Below the pieces are notes generated by a model, which worked only from the letters and a program-made list of their open reading frames with translations, was not told the origin of the DNA and searched no databases. A stretch of 20,956 nucleotides of DNA from Sulfolobaceae archaeon (GTDB lineage Archaea; Thermoproteota; Thermoprotei_A; Sulfolobales; Sulfolobaceae): assembly GCA_038893355.1 (NCBI GenBank), contig JAWARQ010000011.1:1-20956 (forward strand). Direction: 5' to 3'. A program made the translations under genes and the position numbers. Below, piece after piece: positions 1 to 9,152 of this stretch. Positions within the stretch are counted from its first letter, which is position 1. Each line of letters starts with the position of its first letter.

Positions 1-97
1 GGGTGTGGTCAAGAAGAGTTTTAGGATGCCTAAGGGTAAGGAAGTTAACGTCAAGGACTTCGACGTGGGAGAAGCACTGGACTCGTTATCCCCATAG
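1..97 (+). mobile_element. 3' end of a probable IS transposase ORF running in from outside the window (family uncertain, possibly IS110-like)
   Basis: Open frame 2..97 reads GVVKKSFRMPKGKEVNVKDFDVGEALDSLSP* (TAG 95-97). The segment is more GC-rich than its neighbours and lies exactly where the adjacent hydrolase loses its expected C-terminal half. Confidence 0.55.
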
Positions 98-535
98 GCT
101 TGTTAGAGGCGCTAGCATGTGGTGCCTAGTTACATATTCATAGATTTTTATTAAGTCCTTGACCATTTGCTCCTCTAACTTTGGTCTATTCTTAACTAGA
201 ATTTCGAATATCTTCTTACCAGTATCATCTAAGCTTTCCTCAATCTTCTTGAGCGCTTCAAGGTTACTCCTTTGCTCCGGTGGGATACTCCAAACTTTAA
301 CCATAACGCTTTCAATATTTTTAGGTTTTAATATATCTTCCTGCCTAGAGAATAATTGTGGAGCTACCGCAAAATAACCTTCTTTAACAAACCTCCCAGC
401 TACATCTTTTATGTGGTCTTCTAAGCCCCAGATCTCATGAATTACTATTACGCCGTTTTGTCTTACATTATCGTCAGGGATATATACTCTTATCTTATTA
501 CCATCAAATGATGTAACGAAGTCTTCACGTGGCAT
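86..535 (-). pseudogene. Dienelactone hydrolase family protein, truncated (N-terminal half only)
   Basis: Motifs VIVIHEIWGL and GYFAVAPQLF are typical of the family. The ORF ends (YEYVTRHHM-LAPLTSLWG*) before the nucleophile G-x-C-x-G motif, and the last residues are read from the IS-like DNA. Confidence 0.8.
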
Positions 536-738
536 AATAAGAGTTATGTAGTCTGAGTTTTAACATTTTATTTGATAAGGTTTATATTTAATTTTATGAA
601 TGCTAGCAAAACTCGACTAGAATTCTAAGAATTCTTTTCGGACTCGACAGAAATTTCTATTAAATCCGAATAAAGTAACATTATTAAAACTTCGTATTAA
701 TTTGAGATAAGATTGGTATACGAACAACATTAAAGCAA

Positions 739-1731
739 TTAAGAATTAAAATATCTTTTTAACTCTTCATCATAATTTTTACAATATCTACAATATTTAT
801 CATTCTTATCACGAGCTACAAATAAAGTCCCACAATCTACACAGCGTTTAAGCTTATACTCTGCTATTAATTTGTATGAGGCCTCTAATACCTCTTCTGG
901 CTCCACTTCTGTATTCTCTATCCCTTTTAATAAGCATGAGTCTATGCACACCCTACACTTTACGCATGCATCAGCCCTATAGTATATCCTTCCCTTACCG
1001 TCTGTTCTCAAAGCCCCCGTTGGGCATAATGTAATACATGTCCCCATATACTCACATTTAACTGGATCAAACTTTTTCATTACAAAATTATTTTTAATAT
1101 ATTTTCTTATCTTATCTTCATCTTTATCTTTTAATTTCTTAATAGATTTAACTAGAAGATCCCTCTTTTCTGGAATAGCCCTAATTAACTTTACACCTTC
1201 CCTCTTTATTACTTCTGTTGTGGTGTAGTACTCTCGTAACAACTCTATCTCTGTCCTAGTCTCCAATAACTTAATTCCTACCTCTAACTCCTTGGGATTG
1301 AAAATTACCTCACTATTAAAACTCATTTTTATCCTTTCTTTCTCTTTATCAATATTGACGCCTTTAGGGCACCTCTTACAGTGATTTATCGCTATCTTCT
1401 CTGCACCTTTTGCGAGAATTCCGAAGATTAGGGAATCGTTTACATGTGCTATACAATTTATTTCTCTGCCACACGTAAGCTCTGCTATGTTATTAACAAT
1501 CTTAACCTCTTCAACTATCGAAGAATAGGGCTTTGATGCTATTATTGCCTCTGTGGGGCAAACTTCCATACATTTCCCACATTGTGTACATAAGCTCTCA
1601 TCGACAATTATTTTTCTTTCTATACTTTTAATAGCATTTTTAGGGCAATTTACTATACATAAATTACATGATGACATTGCTGAAAAATTATGTGTGCACC
1701 TTTCATAGTTTAGTATAATTTTATAACTCAT
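739..1731 (-). CDS. Polyferredoxin (multiple 4Fe-4S clusters, C-terminal CxxC...CxxC); SreD-like accessory subunit
   Basis: Motifs C..CNLCIVNCP, CTQCGKCMEVCP, CEYMGTCITLCP, CVKCRVCIDSC and CVDC...CRYC. Overlaps the upstream gene by 4 nt (ATGA coupling). Confidence 0.9.
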   Translation of the reverse strand: MSYKIILNYERCTHNFSAMSSCNLCIVNCPKNAIKSIERKIIVDESLCTQCGKCMEVCPTEAIIASKPYSSIVEEVKIVNNIAELTCGREINCIAHVNDSLIFGILAKGAEKIAINHCKRCPKGVNIDKEKERIKMSFNSEVIFNPKELEVGIKLLETRTEIELLREYYTTTEVIKREGVKLIRAIPEKRDLLVKSIKKLKDKDEDKIRKYIKNNFVMKKFDPVKCEYMGTCITLCPTGALRTDGKGRIYYRADACVKCRVCIDSCLLKGIENTEVEPEEVLEASYKLIAEYKLKRCVDCGTLFVARDKNDKYCRYCKNYDEELKRYFNS

Positions 1732-2306
1732 AATTTAATACCCCTTATGTAGTTTAAAGCTTCCACCGAGACTTCCATACTGCCTTCTAAAATTTTCGTA
1801 TATATGGAATAATTGAAGTTAAGCTTTAATGTAGCATAGAGTATGGGAAGCCAACGTAGAATATGGTAAGTTAGAAATTCTTCTATATCACTAACTAACT
1901 TCTTACTATATTCTCCCCTAGCTAATCTTTCAAACAATAATGAGATAAATCCGAATTCGAGACCTATGTGGTCAGGGTACATGACTGCTAGGCCAGAGGT
2001 ATTAGGGTGATAACCATACTCCTTATAATGCCCTAGAACTTCAAATGCTGGAAAATCCATAAATCTGTTATTTTCACCTAAAAATACTGATTCATAAGGA
2101 GGCACATTTATTATAAAAATCTCAGTATACTCTGCCCTAAGTTCTCTCAAGTTTAACCCTTCAAAGTCAACTCCTAAGGATTTAAGTGATTCTTGTAACG
2201 GTTGTAATTTTATCAATAATGATTCATCAATTTCTTTAGATAAGATAAGAGAAAAGGCACCGAAGAGGTTAGAAAAAGCTATCTCTTCCTCTTTCATTTC
2301 ATTCAC
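1728..2306 (-). CDS. TorD/DmsD-family redox enzyme maturation chaperone
   Basis: Signature motifs VPPYESVF, PDHIGLEFGF and FLTYHILRW. Translationally coupled to the Mo-enzyme gene. Confidence 0.92.
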   Translation of the reverse strand: MNEMKEEEIAFSNLFGAFSLILSKEIDESLLIKLQPLQESLKSLGVDFEGLNLRELRAEYTEIFIINVPPYESVFLGENNRFMDFPAFEVLGHYKEYGYHPNTSGLAVMYPDHIGLEFGFISLLFERLARGEYSKKLVSDIEEFLTYHILRWLPILYATLKLNFNYSIYTKILEGSMEVSVEALNYIRGIKL

Positions 2307-5300
2307 TTTTGCTGGGATTTTACGAATTGATCTCTATAGGATGGCCAGACGTATTGTGAAGGTACTGGTGCGTTAATTCTCGGAACCCAATAAGGTCTAA
2401 TTACCGGCCATCCCTTAGTTGGGCCTGCTATATCAATTCCGGGATATTCTCTCCCAGGTTCTGCCTTCCATGTTAAATTATCCCTCCACCATCTAGATAT
2501 TTTGAAGATGTTATTAAGATAGACTACAGCATCTCCCTCTCTGTCTCCAGGCTGTGCTTTCTCTATATATACAATTGTGTTCCACACTTGCTGTCCAGAT
2601 AGTGGGTCGATCTGCACGGGAATTATCCAATTTAGCCTAGCTCCTGCAGTAGTCCACCATATCAATTCTAGATCTTCATTCCTAGGTACACCATGTTTCC
2701 ATGCCTTCCAATTTTCTAGAACATCCTCCCTTTTAACTCCTATCGGCCCTTCAACCATTTTGAGCCTTATAGTTGCATTTTGTGAATTAACATCTGCTGA
2801 GTATATATCAGAAAGTAGTGTTTGGGCGTCTGCCCTATCACTGCTAAACGGTAAAACATAATGCCTTACACCATCTATATCTATATAGTTAACTAGCCTA
2901 AATCTACCTACATGATGTCCACTATGAACAACACCCGGCCTCATGAGATCCGTTACTAAGACACTATAAACTACATATCCTGCCTCTAATCCAGTAAATG
3001 GATCAATAACGTGAACCCTAACTAAATCTCCAGTATTTACTCCTAGCTTTTGAGCATCTATAGGATTCATCCATAGCGGGTGAGTATGCATTAGTTCATA
3101 CATTCTTTTAGTATCTGCAGTTCTTCCATGAATTAAAACTGGGCTTCTCATAATATTTACAGATGGGGCTACGATTCCATTTTGATACTTACCTACTAAT
3201 TGCTTCACATAATACCAATGTACTTGACTTACTAGATGTATGAATTGTTGCCTTTCTGCATCATTTCTGGGATAGATTACTATTGCATATGCGTTATTTG
3301 TCCAGCCTCTAGGCTTTGGCTGGAAGATTTTCCATGTCGGGGAGTAGAAGGCTTCAATCTTTTTACTCGGAGTACCATAACCTACAACGACCCTTCCGCC
3401 AACTATTGTATCCCCTTGTTGAACACCACCAATTACTATCCCTATTATATTTCCACTTGAGTCGTAAGCGTACCTCTTGTAAGCATCTATTTTTGCTGGA
3501 GTAGTAGTAACTGATTTAGCTGCAAATTTTATATCTATATTAGGAGTTGGGTCACCAAGTGGTCTTATTATGTAATCCTTTATGGGTTTGCCAGAACTGT
3601 CTAGGTGAGCAGGTTGGGAGATAGGCTGCTCTAATCCTGCGGTCTTTAATGGCTGTGGTTTACCTTCACCGAAAATTACTCCAAATCTCTTTATATATTC
3701 AGCAATTGCTACCCTTCTATTATTTTCATTAGATGGATCTAGGCCTATGAACCTAGTTATATTCATTATAGAATTCATGGATGCTGGGTAGTCTTTTACT
3801 AAAATGTCATAATAAGCTTGATAGAATTCGTCAGGTACATCTATTGGCTTCCCTGGATTTATCTTACTCTCATAATACTTTCTAACTCCTAGACTTCCGT
3901 CTGGATCTATGTACCATCCTAGGTAAACTACGGTTTCTAGCCAATCTGCAACTTCACCTATTCCTACATACTTATGAATGTAAACACTAGGCGGTATTGC
4001 TGTACCTTCTTGAAAGTCATTTACATTTGGTTCCTTCCAGCCTAGTTGCTTTATAAAGTTCATTAAGTTGTCCTTTCCTCCTAATTTAAGCTCTAAGGCC
4101 CTTCTATATACTGACTGTCTAAATGATAACCACCTACCCTCAAAGGTTTCCATACTAGCATTGTCCGTCCTTTCTAGTGCCTTCCCTACTGGTAGGACGT
4201 AATCAGCAAAGAAGACTCCTTCACTCCAATTCGGATCCCATACTACTACTGTTTTTACTTTATCATACATTATATCTCCAGTATTTGGATCTATTTTACA
4301 CTCTCCAGTCTGCGGATCTTTAACGCAATGTGTAAATGCTTTTACAACCATAAATGATGCAGCTTGACTCCACACTATAGTGTGAATTCTTACAGACATA
4401 TAGACTTCGAGGTGGTCTGGAATTTTAAATCCTTTAGATTCCCAATAACTTCTCCACTCATCATCAAGTAAGTTTATCCATATTAATGGGTTCACTTCAT
4501 TTCTTGTCATAGGATATTCTGGCGGGTAAATATACTCATTCCAAACTAAGGGTGCTGGTGGATTTCCTCCTTGAGTTGAGGCATTAAGGCCTGCTGCAGT
4601 AGGATCTCCTCCAAAGCTCGGAGCCAAGAATTTATGCCATGTATTTGGCATTACTGAACCTTCTTTACCTATTGCCCCCATTAACGCATGTATTAGGTAC
4701 AACGCTCTCCCAGCCATTACTCCCCCTAAATTTCCAGCTCCAACAGATCTCCAGAACCAAGATCCTATCCTTTCACCGGCCCATGCTACATAATTTGCGA
4801 ATTGTTTAATTCTATTTATCATTTCGTTTAGCCATGCATTATATGTAGAGTCGTCAACTCCTAAAAGTTCTTTAGGGCCTAAAATTTCTGCAGCTGCGAA
4901 TTCTGGAGTGTAAGAACTGTATAGCTCCTTAAGGATTTGTTGGAAAATTCCAAATCTAACATCTTCATTCATTTGTTTTAACGAGGCAATGTAATCATCT
5001 TTACTCATGTTCCTCATTTGATCCTCTGGTAAGGGTAAGGTGTTTATGAATCCCTTATCCTTAAGTTCTAGTAGAAGGTCTTTATCCTCTAAGAAATCTT
5101 GCCAATTCCACCAATTCTTCACATAATCCCAATTTACTGAGTTTGATTGTAGCAATAAGTTAACTACAGCTAGGAATACTGCAGCATCAGTTCCTGGCCA
5201 TACAGGGAACCAAATGTCAGCTTTAGCAGCAGTATTGCTATGTCTCGGATTTAGTGAGACTATTCTCGCACCATTAACTTTCCCTTCTATAATTCTTTTA

Positions 5301-6136
5301 GCATGTTGCTGGAAATAATGTCCACCATCTAGGTGGTCGCTTAACATTATTATTAGCCTAGAGCTCCAAAATTCGGTATTTGGTCTATCAGCTTGCCACG
5401 TAGTTACTGCAGCTATTCTTCCAGAGGAACTGCACTGATTAGTATGATTTACTGCACCATCCATTCTATAAAAAGACCTGGGCATTCTAAATATTACACC
5501 ATCTTCATTAGGTCTTCCAACTTGAACTAATACAGTTTTTAACCATCTCTCATCTTGAGTTGTTAAATACTGTTGTATTGCATACCTTATCCTAGCACCT
5601 ATTTCCTTTAATGCCGTTCCCCAGTCTATCCTTTCAAACTTCAATTCTCCCCTTTTTGTTCCCTTAATTCTCCTCAATGGAAATAATATTCTGTCCACAT
5701 CGTATGCCTGATCTAAAGTTGCTTGTCCTTTAGCACATGTAGTTCCTAAGCTACCTGGATGTAAGGGATTTCCAGTAATATATCTGACTTGAAGTGTGTC
5801 AGTATCAACCCAGGCTAATAATCCACAATTTGCCTCACAATTGTTACATGTTGAAGGGATTATGTAATATCTTCTGACAACATTTCTACTCGGATCTCTG
5901 GCGTGCCAAAACCAACTTTCTGGGATTGCTACATTTCCAGTATACCAGTCTAAAGGATCTGGTAGCGACTTTAAATCATGTCTAATCTGGCCTATATTTT
6001 CTCTTGGTACGTCGCTCTTAACATTATAGTAAGTGAACATTCCCGAAACTAGGCTTAATAGACCTACTGCAGCTGCTGCCTTTATAAAATCCCTTCTACT
6101 AATAAGATAGTCTCCTTTCTTATCTTTATCATTCAT
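2303..6136 (-). CDS. Molybdopterin (Mo/W-bisPGD) oxidoreductase catalytic subunit, DMSO reductase family, with Tat signal (1277 aa)
   Basis: Tat motif SRRDFIK plus a hydrophobic segment; FS0 motif CNNCEANC...CAKG; DRILFPLRR; PRHSNTAAKADIW; FADYVLP; C-terminal LWMNPIDAQKLGVNTGDLVRV...MRPGVV domain. Candidate metal-ligand Cys in HTNQCSS. Confidence 0.95.
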   Translation of the reverse strand: MNDKDKKGDYLISRRDFIKAAAAVGLLSLVSGMFTYYNVKSDVPRENIGQIRHDLKSLPDPLDWYTGNVAIPESWFWHARDPSRNVVRRYYIIPSTCNNCEANCGLLAWVDTDTLQVRYITGNPLHPGSLGTTCAKGQATLDQAYDVDRILFPLRRIKGTKRGELKFERIDWGTALKEIGARIRYAIQQYLTTQDERWLKTVLVQVGRPNEDGVIFRMPRSFYRMDGAVNHTNQCSSSGRIAAVTTWQADRPNTEFWSSRLIIMLSDHLDGGHYFQQHAKRIIEGKVNGARIVSLNPRHSNTAAKADIWFPVWPGTDAAVFLAVVNLLLQSNSVNWDYVKNWWNWQDFLEDKDLLLELKDKGFINTLPLPEDQMRNMSKDDYIASLKQMNEDVRFGIFQQILKELYSSYTPEFAAAEILGPKELLGVDDSTYNAWLNEMINRIKQFANYVAWAGERIGSWFWRSVGAGNLGGVMAGRALYLIHALMGAIGKEGSVMPNTWHKFLAPSFGGDPTAAGLNASTQGGNPPAPLVWNEYIYPPEYPMTRNEVNPLIWINLLDDEWRSYWESKGFKIPDHLEVYMSVRIHTIVWSQAASFMVVKAFTHCVKDPQTGECKIDPNTGDIMYDKVKTVVVWDPNWSEGVFFADYVLPVGKALERTDNASMETFEGRWLSFRQSVYRRALELKLGGKDNLMNFIKQLGWKEPNVNDFQEGTAIPPSVYIHKYVGIGEVADWLETVVYLGWYIDPDGSLGVRKYYESKINPGKPIDVPDEFYQAYYDILVKDYPASMNSIMNITRFIGLDPSNENNRRVAIAEYIKRFGVIFGEGKPQPLKTAGLEQPISQPAHLDSSGKPIKDYIIRPLGDPTPNIDIKFAAKSVTTTPAKIDAYKRYAYDSSGNIIGIVIGGVQQGDTIVGGRVVVGYGTPSKKIEAFYSPTWKIFQPKPRGWTNNAYAIVIYPRNDAERQQFIHLVSQVHWYYVKQLVGKYQNGIVAPSVNIMRSPVLIHGRTADTKRMYELMHTHPLWMNPIDAQKLGVNTGDLVRVHVIDPFTGLEAGYVVYSVLVTDLMRPGVVHSGHHVGRFRLVNYIDIDGVRHYVLPFSSDRADAQTLLSDIYSADVNSQNATIRLKMVEGPIGVKREDVLENWKAWKHGVPRNEDLELIWWTTAGARLNWIIPVQIDPLSGQQVWNTIVYIEKAQPGDREGDAVVYLNNIFKISRWWRDNLTWKAEPGREYPGIDIAGPTKGWPVIRPYWVPRINAPVPSQYVWPSYRDQFVKSQQK

Positions 6137-6158
6137 CGATATTTATTCAACAATTGTA

Positions 6159-6166
6159 CTTAAAAA
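6159..6166. promoter_or_regulatory. Central TATA box of a 52-bp divergent promoter (TTTTTAAG on -, CTTAAAAA on +)
   Basis: Exactly 22 nt from the ATG at 6136 (-) and 22 nt from the GTG at 6189 (+). A purine-rich BRE-like AAAAG precedes it on the minus strand. Confidence 0.65.
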
Positions 6167-6188
6167 CTTTTAATCATAATAAGGATAC

Positions 6189-7037
6189 GTGGCAAAATTA
6201 TTACATTTCAATAGATTTAAATGTGTGAGAGAATATGGTTTAGAAATATGTAGTAAATGTTTAGAATCTTGTCCAACTAAAGCTATTTATTTAATTGAAA
6301 GTAGAATTCAAATTAATCCAAGTTATTGTGTCTACTGTGGTAAATGTCAAACAGTTTGTCCAAATGAGGCTATTATAGTTAAAGACGAAAGCGAAATTTC
6401 TGAAAATTCTTGTGAGGGTTTAGGTGGTGATATACCTTGTATAGCATTTATCTCACCAGAATTCTTAGTATCGGTGGGCTATAAGGAGATTTATGTTTGT
6501 AACAATTGTAGCAAGGGTATAGATGTTTTGAAGGAGTTAGATAGAATTAAAAGGGAAGCTAATAGTTTTAGTATTGAGGTTAATATTAAGTTTAAAGAAT
6601 CGAAAATTGATCTAAGGAGAAGATATTATCTCTTGAAAGAGGTTAAACTGGCAGAATTTTATAAAGTAGAGAAATCTCCTCCTAAAAAGAGGAAAGTCTT
6701 AGGAAATAGAGTAAAATATTATAAAAGGATAGACTCAAATAAATGCGTTTTCTGCGAAATATGTGCTAATATTTGCCCTAATGGTGCACTAATAAGTGAC
6801 GGTAATGGTAAGATCTATTTCGAGTATTTAAATTGTACTGGTTGTGAGTTATGTATATACTCATGCCCAACGAAGGCCATTCAGCCTTCAACAGGCTTTG
6901 ATAAAAATCCTTTAGTTACTTTACCTATTAAAAGGTGTAGTAGTTGTGGTAATAAATTTCATGGAAGTGGTGATAAATGTCCTAAATGCGTTAGAGAAGA
7001 GGAAGAGTTAAAAAGTATATTCCGGAGTTTATTATAA
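6189..7037 (+). CDS. Polyferredoxin, paralog of 739..1731
   Basis: Motifs C..CSKCLESCP, CVYCGKCQTVCP, CVFCEICANICP, CTGCELCIYSCP and CSSC...CPKC. Same domain order as 739..1731. GTG start. Confidence 0.9.
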   Translation: MAKLLHFNRFKCVREYGLEICSKCLESCPTKAIYLIESRIQINPSYCVYCGKCQTVCPNEAIIVKDESEISENSCEGLGGDIPCIAFISPEFLVSVGYKEIYVCNNCSKGIDVLKELDRIKREANSFSIEVNIKFKESKIDLRRRYYLLKEVKLAEFYKVEKSPPKKRKVLGNRVKYYKRIDSNKCVFCEICANICPNGALISDGNGKIYFEYLNCTGCELCIYSCPTKAIQPSTGFDKNPLVTLPIKRCSSCGNKFHGSGDKCPKCVREEEELKSIFRSLL

Positions 7038-7459
7038 TGAGTGGGGTAGAAGATACTAAGAGGGACGACGTTGAATTAGATAAAAGATTGGATGAAGTAC
7101 TTGGTAGCGATTTCATTAGGAAGTTACTAAATTCTTCTAAAACTGGATTTTTTCTGACAAGGAAATCAATTGCCATCATGGGCTTTTCTATTGGAATACC
7201 GATACTTTACTCTTCTCGTGAGTATATGCTAAGAAATCTATTTAGGTCAGCGTTATATGATAAAAAATTACTTAATTTAATTGATGTTATAAAGAACTAT
7301 GCAATTTCTATTCGAGAAATTTATAAAGAGATCTCTTCTAAATATGAAATTTTATCACCATTAATTGGTGAGAATTTGAAAAAAGTTGAGGATTTTTTAC
7401 AAGAATTGGAAGGGATAAAAAATAAACTTACTCAAATTCAAGATAGTGAGGTAACGTAA
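7037..7459 (+). CDS. Hypothetical protein (140 aa, one hydrophobic stretch, helical C-terminus)
   Basis: TAATG stop/start coupling with the polyferredoxin gene; fills the gap in the operon. No motif recognised. Confidence 0.7.
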   Translation: MSGVEDTKRDDVELDKRLDEVLGSDFIRKLLNSSKTGFFLTRKSIAIMGFSIGIPILYSSREYMLRNLFRSALYDKKLLNLIDVIKNYAISIREIYKEISSKYEILSPLIGENLKKVEDFLQELEGIKNKLTQIQDSEVT

Positions 7460-7498
7460 TCTTTTTAAGTTTATAATTTAATTTTCTAATCGAGTAAT

Positions 7499-8134
7499 AT
7501 GGGACATTATGTCTTTATCAACGATATAGAGAGATGTATAGGCTGTGAAGCATGTACAACAGCATGTAAAAATACTCACAATGTCCCGTTATCAGTATGG
7601 AGACTAAGGGTAAAATATGTAAGCATCGGAAGTTTTCCTAATGTTAAGAAGTTTTTCGCTCAGTTAAGATGTAATCATTGCTTAAATGCACCTTGTGTTA
7701 GAGCATGTCCAACAAGTGCTTTATTTAAGAGGCAAGATGGAATTGTAGATCTCGATCAGACTAGATGTATAGGCTGTAAGGCATGCATAATGGCTTGCCC
7801 ATATGATGCAATTTATATAAACCCAGAGAAGGGTGTTGCAGAAAAGTGCAATGCTTGTGCTAATCTAGTAGATTCTGGATTACTTCCAGCATGTGCATCG
7901 GTATGCCCAACTAATGCTATAATATTTGGAGATATAGATGATCCTAAAATTCAAGCTATTTTACAACAGAAGCCTTGGTTTGTTAGAAAGCCAGAAACTG
8001 GTGCAAAGCCAATGCAATTTTACTTAGCACCCTCAGAAATCCCATTAGATCCACTAAAGGCTCAGAGAGGAGTTTTAGGACAATGGAATCAACAGCCACA
8101 GGCCGGAGAAAAACCTGTTTCTGGATCTTGGTGA
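7499..8134 (+). CDS. Four-cluster 4Fe-4S electron-transfer subunit (PsrB/NrfC/DmsB type)
   Basis: Motifs CIGCEACTTAC, CNHCLNAPCVRACP, CIGCKACIMACP and KCNAC...PACASVCP; ends with the typical KPETGAKP motif. Confidence 0.95.
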   Translation: MGHYVFINDIERCIGCEACTTACKNTHNVPLSVWRLRVKYVSIGSFPNVKKFFAQLRCNHCLNAPCVRACPTSALFKRQDGIVDLDQTRCIGCKACIMACPYDAIYINPEKGVAEKCNACANLVDSGLLPACASVCPTNAIIFGDIDDPKIQAILQQKPWFVRKPETGAKPMQFYLAPSEIPLDPLKAQRGVLGQWNQQPQAGEKPVSGSW

Positions 8135-8138
8135 GATT

Positions 8139-9152
8139 ATGGCTACGGATTTTGGGAACGTAGTATGGGACGTATTCTTTAAATACCCGTTTTGGGGGAG
8201 CTATATTGCAAGTTATGTTCCTATAAAGGCATTAGCTGCAGGTTCAGTATTTATTCTAGGGTTTTATTTATGGTATAAAAAGCAAAATAATAATATTATT
8301 GCTAGAATAGGCCCAATTTCACTTATAGCTAGCATTATTTACTTCCTTTTATCCTATCTAGATCTAGCAACAGTTGAATTCGCATTAAGCGAAGGTACAC
8401 CAGATTGGTGTTCCTCTTCTAATTTATGCGGAAGCCTTGGTAGGCCAATTCAAGTTTTCATAACCCCAAATCCTACTTCCTTCGTAGCATGGGGCGCATG
8501 GGTTTCTGTATTTATGATAATAATAACTGCCCTGATGACGTTATACTCGATTTCTCAGAGATTTAAGTTCTTAAGGATAATTTCTGGACCATCTTTAACT
8601 ATAAGTACTTATGCGATTAAGACGGTAGGAATTCCAATTTCATTAATTGCAGGTATTTATACTGGATTATTATTTAATGAGGCAACTGCGAGGGGATTAT
8701 TTGTTGACCCTTCAATAGTTGTATTATATTTCCTCTATATGTTAACCATGGGGTTTATGATTGTATACTTAATTACCGGAAATGCAGAACACTCGATTTT
8801 TGCAAAAATTAGTATTTATCTTTTAGTATCTGTAATTGGGTTGCAAATTTTACAAATAACTATTGGAGTATTAGGATTTTATAGGCTAGACGCACAATAT
8901 GCTTCAGAAATGCTACTTTATGGTACTAATCCATTTATGCAATCTACATCACAATATGGCCTAGTTTCAGTGTTCTTTAAATTAGGATTAGTACTATGGG
9001 TCATTGCCTTAATCTTATCCATTTTAGGATATAGAAAAATATTAGGGAAATCTAGATTATTTTATTTAATATCAATAATAATATTTGGAATTGGAATTGG
9101 GCTAGTAGAATTTTCAAAATTACTAGCGGTACAATTCATCCCAAATTCCTGA
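8139..9152 (+). CDS. NrfD/PsrC-family polytopic membrane anchor (quinone-interacting)
   Basis: WGSYIASY at the N-terminus, DL after TM2, SFVAWGAW, YTGLL, and about 8 hydrophobic segments. Directly follows the FeS subunit. Confidence 0.88.
   Translation: MATDFGNVVWDVFFKYPFWGSYIASYVPIKALAAGSVFILGFYLWYKKQNNNIIARIGPISLIASIIYFLLSYLDLATVEFALSEGTPDWCSSSNLCGSLGRPIQVFITPNPTSFVAWGAWVSVFMIIITALMTLYSISQRFKFLRIISGPSLTISTYAIKTVGIPISLIAGIYTGLLFNEATARGLFVDPSIVVLYFLYMLTMGFMIVYLITGNAEHSIFAKISIYLLVSVIGLQILQITIGVLGFYRLDAQYASEMLLYGTNPFMQSTSQYGLVSVFFKLGLVLWVIALILSILGYRKILGKSRLFYLISIIIFGIGIGLVEFSKLLAVQFIPNS

Noticed and set aside
159-3504. Plus-strand ORFs 159..377, 2577..2861, 3236..3460 and 3316..3504
   Set aside because: Antisense shadows of well-supported minus-strand genes, with no motifs.
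2303-6136. Naming the Mo subunit sreA, psrA, ttrA or fdh
   Set aside because: The motifs establish the family but not the substrate. The FDH-type Cys/Sec-His active-site pair is not evident, and the gene order differs from sreABCDE.
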